A stretch of 32,000 bases of DNA from Dehalococcoidia bacterium (GTDB lineage Bacteria; Chloroflexota; Dehalococcoidia; GIF9; AB-539-J10). The notes beneath the pieces are model-generated. The model was not told the DNA's origin and ran no database searches. It saw nothing but the letters and a program-made list of their open reading frames with translations. The stretch spans positions 11,155-43,154 of the forward strand of contig JAFGBN010000002.1 of NCBI GenBank assembly GCA_016933195.1, read 5' to 3'. The position numbers and the translations under genes are program-made. The stretch's first letter is position 1, and each line of letters begins with the position of its first letter. This document shows, in pieces, positions 1 through 9,386 of this stretch.

Positions 1-750
1 GTAATCCGGCGTGGGATAGGGGACTGAAGTCGAATCTCTGGGATCATATCCTGCGATAGCATTCATTACTAAGGCGCAGTCAGTGACATCCTTAGTTAAC
101 GGTCCGATTTGGTCCAGAGAACTGGCAAAGGCAACCAAGCCAAAGCGACTCACCCGGCCATAAGTTGGCTTAAGGCCTACCACGTTACAAAACCCTGCTG
201 GTTGCCGGATGCTTCCCCCGGTGTCGGAGCCAAGGGCACAAATAGCTTCGTCAGTAGCTACAGCAACTGCTGAGCCACCACTGCTACCTCCAGGGACGCG
301 GCTCAGATCCCAGGGATTATAAGTAGGGAAGAAGGCAGAATGCTCTGTGGAAGAGCCCATAGCGAACTCATCCATGTTCGTTTTCCCTATTATTACTGCT
401 TTTTGCGCCTTTAATTTCTCTATCACCTTGGCATCGTAGGGAGGAATGAAGTTCTCCAGCATCTTTGAACCACAAGTAGTTCGAAGTCCTTTAGTACAAA
501 TAACATCCTTAATTAAAGTGGGTATGCCTGTCAAAGGCGCAATATTGCCACTGGCTATGCGATTATCCGCCTCCTTTGCTTCCTTTAAAGCTATATCCTC
601 GGTGATGGTGACACAAGCATGGACTTTCTTTTCCGTCTGAGCAATACGCTTCAATGCGGATTCCGTCAGTTCTACTGAGGAGACTTTCCTTTGCTTGAGG
701 AGTTCATGTGCCTCATGAATAGTTAACTGGTGTAATTTGTTTATCTGCAC
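1..750 (-). CDS. gatA: Glu-tRNA(Gln)/Asp-tRNA(Asn) amidotransferase subunit A, N-terminal 250 codons; the gene continues past the window edge
   Basis: Hand translation of the minus strand from GTG at 748-750 gives [49 protein letters not shown]...[44 protein letters not shown]...[12 protein letters not shown]. This carries the amidase signature ([15 protein letters not shown]). The frame stays open to base 1. It is missing from the ORF track because it is edge-truncated and starts with GTG. It lies 2 nt downstream of the plsY stop. Confidence 0.9.
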   Translation of the reverse strand, partial: MQINKLHQLTIHEAHELLKQRKVSSVELTESALKRIAQTEKKVHACVTITEDIALKEAKEADNRIASGNIAPLTGIPTLIKDVICTKGLRTTCGSKMLENFIPPYDAKVIEKLKAQKAVIIGKTNMDEFAMGSSTEHSAFFPTYNPWDLSRVPGGSSGGSAVAVATDEAICALGSDTGGSIRQPAGFCNVVGLKPTYGRVSRFGLVAFASSLDQIGPLTKDVTDCALVMNAIAGYDPRDSTSVPYPTPDY

Positions 751-752
751 TC

Positions 753-1391
753 TTAAAACCTTTCTTTGATGCTGTGACGCTTAATAATCTTGTGCCAGTC
801 ACCGGTAGTTTTCACATGCATCTCTTTAAACCTGGGGAGATAGTTTATGCCCACAAATATTGGTAGCCCTAAGGAAAAAAATATCAAAGGTTCACACCGG
901 TAGATTAGCCAAGCAACAAAAGGGAAGATAGCGAAAGCTATGCCATAACAAAAGGTGAGATTGTGAGTGATAATCAAAGCTATTAAGGCAATGGCAGTAA
1001 AAAAGGGAATTGCTTTGGGCATTAGAAAGAGGAGAATACCCAAAGTAGTAGCGCCTCCTTTACCTCCACGAAATTTAAGGAAAACGGGAAAGGCATGGCC
1101 TAGTACAGCTGCTAGAGCAGTGATACCGGTAATAGGATCAAATGGTGAAAGTGAAGGCATGCCTAGTAGCCATCGTACTAGCAGGATAGCCCCTATACCC
1201 TTGCCTACATCAATTAGGAGTACTAAAATTGCTTCTACTAGCCCCACTTCATAATAGACATTCAAGGTTCCCATGTTTCTACTTCCCACAGTACGAATAT
1301 CTATTCCCTTTCTGAGGCGACCAGCAACATAGGCTGCCGGGATGGAGCCAAGTAGATAACCACAAATTAGGGCAATGAAAATATTAACCAT
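753..1391 (-). CDS. plsY: Glycerol-3-phosphate acyltransferase PlsY (acyl-phosphate dependent)
   Basis: The 212-aa product is very hydrophobic. Its N-terminus, [15 protein letters not shown]...[15 protein letters not shown], and the FKGGKG-like motif ([10 protein letters not shown]) are typical of PlsY. Confidence 0.85.
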   Translation of the reverse strand: MVNIFIALICGYLLGSIPAAYVAGRLRKGIDIRTVGSRNMGTLNVYYEVGLVEAILVLLIDVGKGIGAILLVRWLLGMPSLSPFDPITGITALAAVLGHAFPVFLKFRGGKGGATTLGILLFLMPKAIPFFTAIALIALIITHNLTFCYGIAFAIFPFVAWLIYRCEPLIFFSLGLPIFVGINYLPRFKEMHVKTTGDWHKIIKRHSIKERF

Positions 1392-1404
1392 TTGACAAGC
1401 ACAT

Positions 1405-1692
1405 CTATTCTAGTATTGCTTGTACCTTGAAGCAATTATCTTCTTCATCAGGCGCGTTAGTCAGAACCTCGGTTTGAGGGTATGACTTAGCTACTTTGTC
1501 TTCACGGTAAACGTTTTTCAAGGGGATGGTTTGAGTTGCTGGTGGCACATTCACTGTATCCACTTCCTTAAGTATCTCAAAGTTTCCCAGGATATCGGAT
1601 AGCTGGACGCCAAAACTTTCAATTTCAGCTTCGCTTAAGCCCAAACGAGCTAGCCAAGCTATGTGCTTCACTTGCTTATGACTCAATTTCAT
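1405..1692 (-). CDS. gatC: Glu/Asp-tRNA amidotransferase subunit C
   Basis: MKLSHKQVKHIAWLARLGLSEAEIESFGVQLSDILGNFEILKEVDTVNVPP... is a canonical GatC sequence of about 95 aa. The ORF track extends it to 1746, but ATG at 1690-1692 gives the usual length. Alternative in-frame ATGs lie at 1701 and 1704. Confidence 0.85.
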   Translation of the reverse strand: MKLSHKQVKHIAWLARLGLSEAEIESFGVQLSDILGNFEILKEVDTVNVPPATQTIPLKNVYREDKVAKSYPQTEVLTNAPDEEDNCFKVQAILE

Positions 1693-2011
1693 CTCACCCA
1701 TCATTATAACATCGAAATTAGTGCCACAACAGGGCCTGCTTAACAAAGCTGAGTAACGGATCTGAGTTATGCCAGGAAACAGTGATTAACCTCCCAAATC
1801 AGGCTCAGGCCACAAATGCAGAACATTGGAATATGATTTGTTAGGCTGTGAGAATTAGACAAATCCCAACAAACTTACTACAATATCAAGGATATTCACT
1901 TCGGCTTATGGTAATGGGGAGGAGACTGTTAAACGAGGTGATGACCATGAGTATCCAAAGATAGAGCAAAAGTTCCAAATAATCAAAAATCGAGATAGGA
2001 GGTAGGAAACA

Positions 2012-3520
2012 GTGAGAACTTCAGCAGAATACCGTGCAGATATGAAGAAGATGAAGCCCAATCTTTATATAGGGGGCGAGAAAGTAGGCAGGGATGATCC
2101 TAGGATTCAGCCGGGCGTAAATGTTATGAGCGTTACTTTTGACCTGGCGCAGGAGCCGGACTGGGAGGGCTTAATAACCGCAACATCTTCCCTAACGCAT
2201 AAAGAGATTAATAGATTTAACCATCTCCCTCAAAATCCATATGACTTGATGCAGAAGCAGAAGATGATTCGTTTAGCTACTCAAAGAGTTGGCGGTTGCA
2301 TACAAAGATGCATGGGGCACGATGCCATAAATGCTCTTTCCATTTGCACTAAAGAGACAGATGATAAGTATGGAACAGAATATCATCGCAGGTTTATGGA
2401 TTTTCTGAGGAATTATCAAGAGAAGGATTTAACTTCTGCTTGTGCGCAGACAGATATGAAGGGAGATAGAACCAAAAGGCCTTCTGAGCAGCCAGACCCC
2501 GATGCATATGTTCATATAGTGGATGTAAGGGATGATGGGATTGTAGTGCGGGGGGCAAAAATCTCCATAACAATTCCGGCGTATGCCGATGAGATAATAG
2601 TGGTTCCAACACGTGCTTTGAAAGAAGAAGATAAGGATTATGCCGTAGCATTTGCGATTCCGGCGGATTGGGACCGCGTGAGGTTGATTACTCGCCCAGT
2701 TTGGGTGAGAGACAGGGAAGTGATTAAGGCACCTTTCACTGAATACGGCGTCTCAGATTCGGTCATAGTTTTTGATGATACATTTATCCCTAAGGAAAGA
2801 GTATTCATGTGTAAGGAATGGGACTTTGCTAGAAGGCTTGCCTTACTTTTTGCTGATTCACACAGGCATAGTTATTCCGGGTGCAAACCTGCGATATCCG
2901 ATATATTATGTGGCGTGACAGCTCTAGTTGCAGATGCGAACAATATTTCAAGAGTTGATCATGTAAGGCAAAAATTATCCGAATTTGCTGGTGGCGGAGA
3001 ACTGGCATATGCCGCTGGAGTAGCAAGTGCCATCTATGGAGAGAAGACGTCATCAGGCACCTTCTTTCCCAATGCCATATATGCCAACGTGGGAAGAAGA
3101 CTCATGGGGGAAAACATCTATCACGAATTCAACATATTGACTGAGATAGCTGGTGGACTATCAGTGACCTTGCCTTTTGAAGGTGACTTCTATGGCGAAG
3201 AAACCAAAAAAGACCTGGAGAAGTATATCGTGAGAAATCCTAAAATTTCTCCAGAAGATTCACATCGTATCTGGAGATTAGTGGAGAATGTGGGTGCTTC
3301 ACCTATGGGTGATTGGTACAAAATCGCTGGGGTTCATGGTGGTGGTTCTCCAATCATGGAGACAATCACGCTGAACATCGAGTATGATTATGAATCAAAG
3401 AAAAATATAGCAAAATATCTGGCTGGTATTGATAAGGAATTAGATCAGTCAAAAGACTTAGGAATAAAGCCCACCTTCGGAGGTAGCTTGCTGGAGGCAG
3501 ATACTCCATTGGAGAAATGA
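2012..3520 (+). CDS. abfD: 4-hydroxybutyryl-CoA dehydratase / vinylacetyl-CoA isomerase family protein (HpaB-fold flavoenzyme)
   Basis: 502 aa, GTG start, AGGAGG 9 nt upstream. It has a C-x3-C pair (GGCIQRC, C96/C100) and H-x6-C (HRHSYSGC, H284/C291). These match the spacing of the [4Fe-4S] ligands Cys99/Cys103/His292/Cys299 of the Clostridium aminobutyricum enzyme. Confidence 0.7.
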   Translation: MRTSAEYRADMKKMKPNLYIGGEKVGRDDPRIQPGVNVMSVTFDLAQEPDWEGLITATSSLTHKEINRFNHLPQNPYDLMQKQKMIRLATQRVGGCIQRCMGHDAINALSICTKETDDKYGTEYHRRFMDFLRNYQEKDLTSACAQTDMKGDRTKRPSEQPDPDAYVHIVDVRDDGIVVRGAKISITIPAYADEIIVVPTRALKEEDKDYAVAFAIPADWDRVRLITRPVWVRDREVIKAPFTEYGVSDSVIVFDDTFIPKERVFMCKEWDFARRLALLFADSHRHSYSGCKPAISDILCGVTALVADANNISRVDHVRQKLSEFAGGGELAYAAGVASAIYGEKTSSGTFFPNAIYANVGRRLMGENIYHEFNILTEIAGGLSVTLPFEGDFYGEETKKDLEKYIVRNPKISPEDSHRIWRLVENVGASPMGDWYKIAGVHGGGSPIMETITLNIEYDYESKKNIAKYLAGIDKELDQSKDLGIKPTFGGSLLEADTPLEK

Positions 3521-3599
3521 GACACTTGGAATCTCAAGAAGCGGTTAAATATCTTGTTGGAGCATTGCTGCAACAAACTTACTGAGAAGGGAGAGTTTT

Positions 3600-4433
3600 G
3601 TGAGTGAACGAAGGGAGCCATTCTTAGACAAGTTCCGCCTTTCGGGAAAGGTAGCCTTAGTTACTGGAGCAAGCCGAGGTATTGGTCGGGCCACTGCCTT
3701 GAGCCTAGCGGTGGCAGGCGCTGATGTAGTGCTTGCTAGTCGCAAGCTGCCAGATTTGGAAGCTGTGGCTCAGGAGATAACTAGTATGGGAAGGAGGTCC
3801 TTGGCTGTAACAACTAATCTCCGTAATCTCCCAGAAATCGATAACCTAGTTAAAAAAGCAGTGGATGAATTTCACCATATTGACATTCTGGTGAATAATG
3901 CCGGAGGGAATCCAGTATTCGGTTCGGTATTCAATATCAGTGAAAAAGCCTGGGATGTAACCATGGGATTGAATTTGAAGGGATATTTTTTCTTAAGTCA
4001 GGCAGTGGGCAAGGTGATGCGAGACAAGAATGCCGGGAGCATTATCAATATTGCCTCGGAAGCTGGAATTAGGCCAAGCCTCGGGTTAGGCGTTTATTCC
4101 ATGAGTAAAGCAGGCGTTATTATGCTTACGCAAGTGCTTGCTCAGGAATGGGGACAATATAATATCAGGGTAAATACAATTGCCCCTGGACTTGTGAAAA
4201 CCCGTTTTTCCGAAGCCTTATGGGGTAATCCTACGATTCGCAGAGGGTTTGAGGACAGTACAGCCTTGGGACGTATAGCTGAGCCTGAGGAAATTGCTAA
4301 TGCGGTTTTGTTTCTAGCATCGGAAGTTTCAGGCTATATGACAGGGCAGACAATTGTCTTAGACGGTGGTCATTTTGCCTCTGTTAGAACTTTATTATCG
4401 ACGATTACCTCAAAAGAAGATTCTTCTGCTTAA
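3600..4433 (+). CDS. Classical short-chain dehydrogenase/reductase (SDR)
   Basis: 277 aa with TGASRGIGRA (the TGxxxGxG cofactor motif), NNAG, and YSMSKAG (the catalytic YxxxK). GTG start with AAGGGAGAG upstream. Confidence 0.85.
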   Translation: MSERREPFLDKFRLSGKVALVTGASRGIGRATALSLAVAGADVVLASRKLPDLEAVAQEITSMGRRSLAVTTNLRNLPEIDNLVKKAVDEFHHIDILVNNAGGNPVFGSVFNISEKAWDVTMGLNLKGYFFLSQAVGKVMRDKNAGSIINIASEAGIRPSLGLGVYSMSKAGVIMLTQVLAQEWGQYNIRVNTIAPGLVKTRFSEALWGNPTIRRGFEDSTALGRIAEPEEIANAVLFLASEVSGYMTGQTIVLDGGHFASVRTLLSTITSKEDSSA

Positions 4434-5061
4434 ATGAACATCGCTTTGTGGTTCTTCTGTGCCTGGGCTCTCTTCAATCCCATTGTGTGAATAGAAAGCA
4501 CTACCGCAAAGCGCTGTAAGCCTTCAAGGCGAAGGTTGTTAAAACTTTCGTATCTGCCCTACTTATACTTTGCAGATTGCCCAAGACAAAATGCAGTCAA
4601 CAGCTAACGATAATCCTGAGAGATTACTTAATATCAGATTATTACATGCTGGGTCAGGCGAAGTAATCTCCACCGACGGATATTTAGCCAAGCGAGCATG
4701 AGACATACCCACATGAGATAGAGATACATGCGGCAGGAGCTCCTTCTAATCGGGTTAGCTTGAACAAGCTTAGTACCTTGACAATAGGAAAGGTAATGCC
4801 TGAGATAGTTAGCCCCCACTATTTAGAACTATATCCAATACTATCTGTCCGAAGTTTCTATCTGCTAGGTCTCAACAACGTCGATAGTCTGACTGGTCTT
4901 GATTTGCATATTAACCCGGAGTAAAATGCAGTGTGAATGCCTTCCCCTAGTCCACTACAATTCAAGGAAAATGGCGCTTTAGAACAAACTAGAGCGGGCA
5001 TAGAGCAAGTTAAAGGAAACCAAGAACTCACCCGGTGTGCTTTAGCTGAGGAGGTTTATAA

Positions 5062-6021
5062 ATGAATTCCAAATTTAACAACAGTTTTGAGTTACGAGAG
5101 GCTGACAGAGTAGAGATTACAACGCTCATGGATAATTATACCGATCGCCTCCTCCCAAGTACCGGAGTGGCTAAAAGAGCACCTTTGGCTGTAGGTGGGC
5201 AACTAATTCCCCAAACGCCATTGGCAGAGCATGGCCTATCTTTACTCATAAGAGTATTTAGGGGCTCGGAGGAACACACTGTACTCTTTGATGCTGGATG
5301 GTCAGACATAGGTGTTCCTTTCAATATGAAGCTGTTTGGAGTAGATGTGAATCAAATAGAAGCTATTGTGCTCAGTCATGGCCATATGGACCATTTTGGA
5401 GCTCTTATAGAGGTCTTAAAGGTTAAGAAGAATATACCCTTAATACTTCATCCAGATGCGTTTACGGCTCCTCGAGGTCGTAAGGCGCCAGATGGGAGGA
5501 TGGTCAAATTTCCTACTTTAGATGAACAGTCTCTCATAGAAGCAGGCGCAAATTTGGTAAAGACTAAATCTCCGTATTTGTTGACTGAGGGCTTATTAGC
5601 TTCTACCGGAGAAATTGAGAGAGTTACTGATTTTGAGAAGGGGATGCCTAGCGCTTGCCTAGAGCGGAATGGGAAAATTGAACATGACCCAATTTTAGAT
5701 GATCAAGGAGCCGTTATTCATGTTAAGGGAAAGGGGTTAGTTGTGATTTCAGGCTGTTGCCATGCCGGTGTTATCAACACAATCTATCATGCGCAAAGTA
5801 TTACCAAGATTGACAAGGTCTATGCTGTTTTGGGCGGCTTCCACTTAAGCGGACCGGTATTTGAGCCCATAATTGGTAGAACAATAAAGGAACTTAAAAA
5901 GATTGCTCCAAAAGTCATCGTGCCAATGCATTGTACGGGATGGAAAGCTATTAACGAGATTGCTAAGGAGATGCCTCATCAGTTTCTGCTTAACAGTGTA
6001 GGAACGAAGTTCCTTCTTTGA
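5062..6021 (+). CDS. MBL-fold metallo-hydrolase (COG1237-like)
   Basis: 319 aa with the HGHMDHFG metal motif (HxHxDH), an AEHGLS motif upstream of it, and a strong SD (GAGGAGG). Confidence 0.7.
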   Translation: MNSKFNNSFELREADRVEITTLMDNYTDRLLPSTGVAKRAPLAVGGQLIPQTPLAEHGLSLLIRVFRGSEEHTVLFDAGWSDIGVPFNMKLFGVDVNQIEAIVLSHGHMDHFGALIEVLKVKKNIPLILHPDAFTAPRGRKAPDGRMVKFPTLDEQSLIEAGANLVKTKSPYLLTEGLLASTGEIERVTDFEKGMPSACLERNGKIEHDPILDDQGAVIHVKGKGLVVISGCCHAGVINTIYHAQSITKIDKVYAVLGGFHLSGPVFEPIIGRTIKELKKIAPKVIVPMHCTGWKAINEIAKEMPHQFLLNSVGTKFLL

Positions 6022-6169
6022 GATAGAAACTGCCACGCTCTAAGGATGAACGTTACGAGTAGAATTTCCGTTCCCGTAATGAGGTTTACCATTATTCGGT
6101 AAATATGTTCCAGCGTGCATCCATCAAGTTTACAGGCTTTGCCCATATCATCTGCATAATAAAAACCAG

Positions 6170-6440
6170 AAATACAATTGAAGGTAGGCCTTGCTGAGAC
6201 GGAAGGCCTTGATTTGCTGTGGAGCGTGTACCAAGCCATGAAATGCTCAATTTTTCTCAAAATGCTTGGTAGAGTTGCTGAATGACCTTAGTGCTGGGGG
6301 TTCGTTGCTGCTGCTCGCTAATATATGTATCAGTCATGCTCCCATCAGGTTTGCCATTTCTTGGCTTAAGGGTGGTTAACCATATCTGTTGCTGACTCAT
6401 TGATGTGGCTCCAGTCTGTTGATTCCGGTCGATACAAAGG
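6170..6440 (-). pseudogene. Possible decayed C-terminal fragment of a DDE (rve/integrase-core) transposase
   Basis: Two abutting minus-strand ORFs (6257..6493 and 5979..6260) are separated by a single in-frame TGA. Read through the stop, they give ...QQQIWLTTLKPRNGKPDGSMTDTYISEQ...KVIQQLYQAF*EKIEHFMAWYTLHSKSRPSVSARPTF. This loosely follows the IS481/IS3-type pattern gI.h..trP..PqtNGkvER...l..f..wYN..RPH.aL.g.tP. There is no N-terminal part and there are no inverted repeats. The match is weak and made by eye only. Confidence 0.3.
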
Positions 6441-6504
6441 TGTAGAATACGCCGATTCCCCCTGAATTCAGGGTGACAATTCAAGAAATTCAAGAGGCGA
6501 TATC

Positions 6505-8115
6505 ATGAATGAAGAAGAGAGAGCTTCTTTTGCCACATTAACTCCACTACAGTTTCTAAAACGCAGCGCTTATGTGTTTCCCGAAAGAGAAGCCGTGGTT
6601 TACGGGGATAAGCGATACACTTATCGGCAGTTTTATGAGCGCGTAATGCGAATGGCAAATGGGCTAAAGGACTTGGGTGTCGGCAGAGGGGACAAGGTAG
6701 CCTTTATTTCGCCGAACCTGCCCCCGCTGCTTGAAGCACATTTTGGGATCCCCTGGCTTGGGGCGAGTCTCGTGGCTATAAACACTAGGCTATCACCAAG
6801 CGAGGTCTGCTATATAATAAATCATTCTGAGTCCAAGGTGCTCTTCTTAGACACTGAGTTTGCCTCTGCTATAGAGGCGATAAAGGGGGAATTAGACCAA
6901 GTAAAGGCTTTTATAAACATTGTGGATGTCGAAAAGGAGAAGAGGATTAAGGGGCTGGAATACGAGGCCTTTCTCTCTGAAAGCTCTCCTTCTGATATGG
7001 AAATAGCAGTAGAAGACGAGAATGAAGTTGTAGCTATAGATTATACAAGTGGTACGACAGGGTTACCCAAAGGAGTTATGTATCAACATAGGGGAGCATT
7101 TCTCAATGCTCTTGGTGAGGCACTGGAGGGAGGATTGGATTCTGACTCAGCATACCTTTGGACGCTTCCTATGTTCCACTGCAATGGTTGGTGTTTCACT
7201 TGGGGAGTTACCTCTGTAGGAGGGAAACACGTTTGTCTAAGGAAGATAGACGCTGCAAGGATTGTTGAGCTAATACAGAGTGAGCGCGTAACGCATATGT
7301 GCGGGGCTCCTACAGTCTATCTTACACTCTGTCAGTATATGAAGGACAACAATATGAAGTTTCCAGGGAAGGTAAAGTGCTTTATTGCTGGTGCTCCACC
7401 TTCACCTACGATTATAGATGTCATAGAATCGCTGGGTGGTGATATCATCCATATATATGGATTAACAGAGACCTACGGGCCTCATAGTATCTGCGAGTGG
7501 CATTCTGAGTGGAATTCATTATCCTGGGAGGAAAGGGTACATCTGAAGGCCAGGCAGGGAGTTGCATATATTACCGCCTTCGAGATGAAGGTAGTGGATG
7601 ATAACATGGATGAAGTCCTGCACGATGGTCAAACGCTTGGAGAAATAGTGATGCGAGGAAACAACGTGATGATGGGCTATTATAAAGATAAGGACATGAC
7701 TGACGAGGCTTTCAGGGGGGGGTGGTTCCACAGCGGTGATTTGGCAGTAGTATATCCAGATGGATATGTGGAGATAAAGGATAGGAAGAAAGATGTAATC
7801 ATAAGTGGTGGGGAGAATATATCTACCGTGGAGATAGAGAATGTAATATATCAACATCCTGATGTTCTGGAAGTTGCAGTTATTGCTGTGCCTGACGAGG
7901 TGTGGGGGGAGGTGCCCAAGGCCATTGTGAATCTTAAACCGGGGAAAAATCTTGCCAAAGATGAAATTATTGACTTTTGCAGGGAGAGGCTAACCAGATT
8001 TAAAGTGCCGAAAAAGCTGGAATTTGGTGAACTTCCTAAAACATCTACTGGAAAGATTATGAAACACGTATTGCGGGACAGAGAATGGGCAGAGTATGAG
8101 AGAAGGGTGCACTGA
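6505..8115 (+). CDS. AMP-forming acyl-CoA synthetase (ANL superfamily, medium/short-chain type)
   Basis: 536 aa with YTSGTTGLPKGV (the AMP-binding P-loop), IYGLTETYG, GWFHSGD, DRKKDVIISGGENIS, and a C-terminal TSTGKI. Confidence 0.85.
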   Translation: MNEEERASFATLTPLQFLKRSAYVFPEREAVVYGDKRYTYRQFYERVMRMANGLKDLGVGRGDKVAFISPNLPPLLEAHFGIPWLGASLVAINTRLSPSEVCYIINHSESKVLFLDTEFASAIEAIKGELDQVKAFINIVDVEKEKRIKGLEYEAFLSESSPSDMEIAVEDENEVVAIDYTSGTTGLPKGVMYQHRGAFLNALGEALEGGLDSDSAYLWTLPMFHCNGWCFTWGVTSVGGKHVCLRKIDAARIVELIQSERVTHMCGAPTVYLTLCQYMKDNNMKFPGKVKCFIAGAPPSPTIIDVIESLGGDIIHIYGLTETYGPHSICEWHSEWNSLSWEERVHLKARQGVAYITAFEMKVVDDNMDEVLHDGQTLGEIVMRGNNVMMGYYKDKDMTDEAFRGGWFHSGDLAVVYPDGYVEIKDRKKDVIISGGENISTVEIENVIYQHPDVLEVAVIAVPDEVWGEVPKAIVNLKPGKNLAKDEIIDFCRERLTRFKVPKKLEFGELPKTSTGKIMKHVLRDREWAEYERRVH

Positions 8116-8526
8116 TACCTGCGAGAGATTGAAAAATGGCATTAGCCAAGCCTGGCTGCCAGCTAATATGGAGAGAGCGTAATCTACCCTTTCCCTTCGT
8201 AGAAGGTCAACTGAAACTACAGTGATCTTTTCCTGAACATCTGTTTTGTTCCTGGCTTCCAGAACCTTTTCTTTGATATCCTTTTGAAGGTCTTACAAGG
8301 ATGCGAATATGACCTCTTAGACCTGGAAGTGGTATCTCACGTGTAAACAGGTAAGCATTTATAGACCATTCTCGCGCATCCGCTCTACTCAAGGTGTCGA
8401 TTTCTCTATGGGAATATCCTTAGCTGGTGCTCCTGCCTAGCTTTTTGCCATCTCCATTCACCAGCCAGTTTTCAAACAATCCCTTAAAAATCTGGTAGTG
8501 TTCCCATGGTACAAAACCAACTATTG

Positions 8527-8556
8527 TTGACACTTGACATTAACGAGAAATATAAT
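8527..8556 (+). promoter_or_regulatory. Near-consensus sigma70-type promoter for the Wood-Ljungdahl cluster
   Basis: TTGACA at 8527-8532, an 18-nt spacer, and TATAAT at 8551-8556. The cooC ATG is at 8571, so the predicted leader is only about 7-8 nt. No SD is visible in GTGGCCTCTGTAAT. Confidence 0.55.
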
Positions 8557-8570
8557 GTGGCCTCTGTAAT

Positions 8571-9335
8571 ATGAAGATTGCCGTTAGCGGAAAAGGAGGG
8601 ACGGGCAAGACCATGTTAGTGTCCTTCCTTTCTATTATATTCGCTAAAGCTGGCTATTCTGTTATTGCCATAGATGCTGACCCAAATGTCAACCTAGCAG
8701 ATACCTTTGGCTTCCCCAATTCCGAGAAGATAATACCTATATCCAAAATGGATGACCTTATTGAGGAGAGGACAGGGGCAAGGCCTGGTCAAATGGCACC
8801 CTATTTCAAGTTAAATCCCAAAGTTGACGATTTGCCAGATAAGTGCTCTCTAAAATATGGCGGAATCAGGATAATGGTCATGGGGCCGATTAAGGCAGCT
8901 GGCAGCGGCTGTTATTGCCCCGAAGGCGCTTTGCTCGAAGCCTTGGTTGCACATTTGCTACTTAAGGTAGATGAAATAGTTATTTTAGATATGGAGGCTG
9001 GGATAGAGCATTTGACGCGGGGAACTGCGAAGGGAGTGGATAAGCTAATTATAGTAGTAGAACCAACTAGGAAGAGCGTTCTAACAGGCTATAGAGTAAG
9101 AGATTTGGCTCTAGAGGTAGGTTTGCAGAGTATCGGAGTGGTGGGCAATAAGATTCGGAATGGGAAAGAAAAGGATTTCCTTATCTCCAACATGGCAGGC
9201 TTTGAATTCCTGGGGTTTATTCCTTATGACGAAGACATAGCAGAAGCTGAGATTAGTGGTTTACCTCTCATTGAGGCCAGCGAAAAAGTTATGAGCGAAG
9301 TAAAAAACATTGCTGCTCGACTTGGTGATCGATGA
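8571..9335 (+). CDS. cooC: CooC/AcsF-type Ni-insertion ATPase (CODH/ACS maturation), canonical form
   Basis: 254 aa. It has the deviant Walker A MKIAVSGKGGTGKT and the CxC metal motif GSGCYCPEG. Its C-terminus is MinD/ParA-like (GNKIRN...LGFIPYDEDIAEAE). Confidence 0.8.
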   Translation: MKIAVSGKGGTGKTMLVSFLSIIFAKAGYSVIAIDADPNVNLADTFGFPNSEKIIPISKMDDLIEERTGARPGQMAPYFKLNPKVDDLPDKCSLKYGGIRIMVMGPIKAAGSGCYCPEGALLEALVAHLLLKVDEIVILDMEAGIEHLTRGTAKGVDKLIIVVEPTRKSVLTGYRVRDLALEVGLQSIGVVGNKIRNGKEKDFLISNMAGFEFLGFIPYDEDIAEAEISGLPLIEASEKVMSEVKNIAARLGDR

Positions 9336-9386
9336 GACAGAAATTATTGGTGAGCCAAGAATTTTAAAAAAAGAGAGGAGGGTATT

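Noticed and set aside
446-1254. Plus-strand ORFs 446..640 and 967..1254
   Set aside because: They are antisense to the well-supported gatA and plsY genes, and their translations are low-complexity.
4434-5061. A 628-bp ORF-poor spacer, which I checked for an RNA gene, a riboswitch, a promoter or an IS remnant (including the 61-aa ORF at 4634..4819)
   Set aside because: All frames are broken by stops. One minus-strand stretch (GRYESFNNLRLEGLQRFAVVL) only vaguely recalls IS5-family C-termini. I recognised no conserved RNA motifs. There is not enough evidence to call anything, but a blastx or Rfam scan would be worthwhile.
8116-8526. An ORF-poor spacer upstream of the promoter, containing a 61-aa minus-strand ORF (8207..8392) and an open antisense frame (DLQKDIKEKVLEARNKTDVQEKI...)
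   Set aside because: There is no start/SD context or recognisable domain. The open frame simply continues as antisense into the acyl-CoA synthetase gene.
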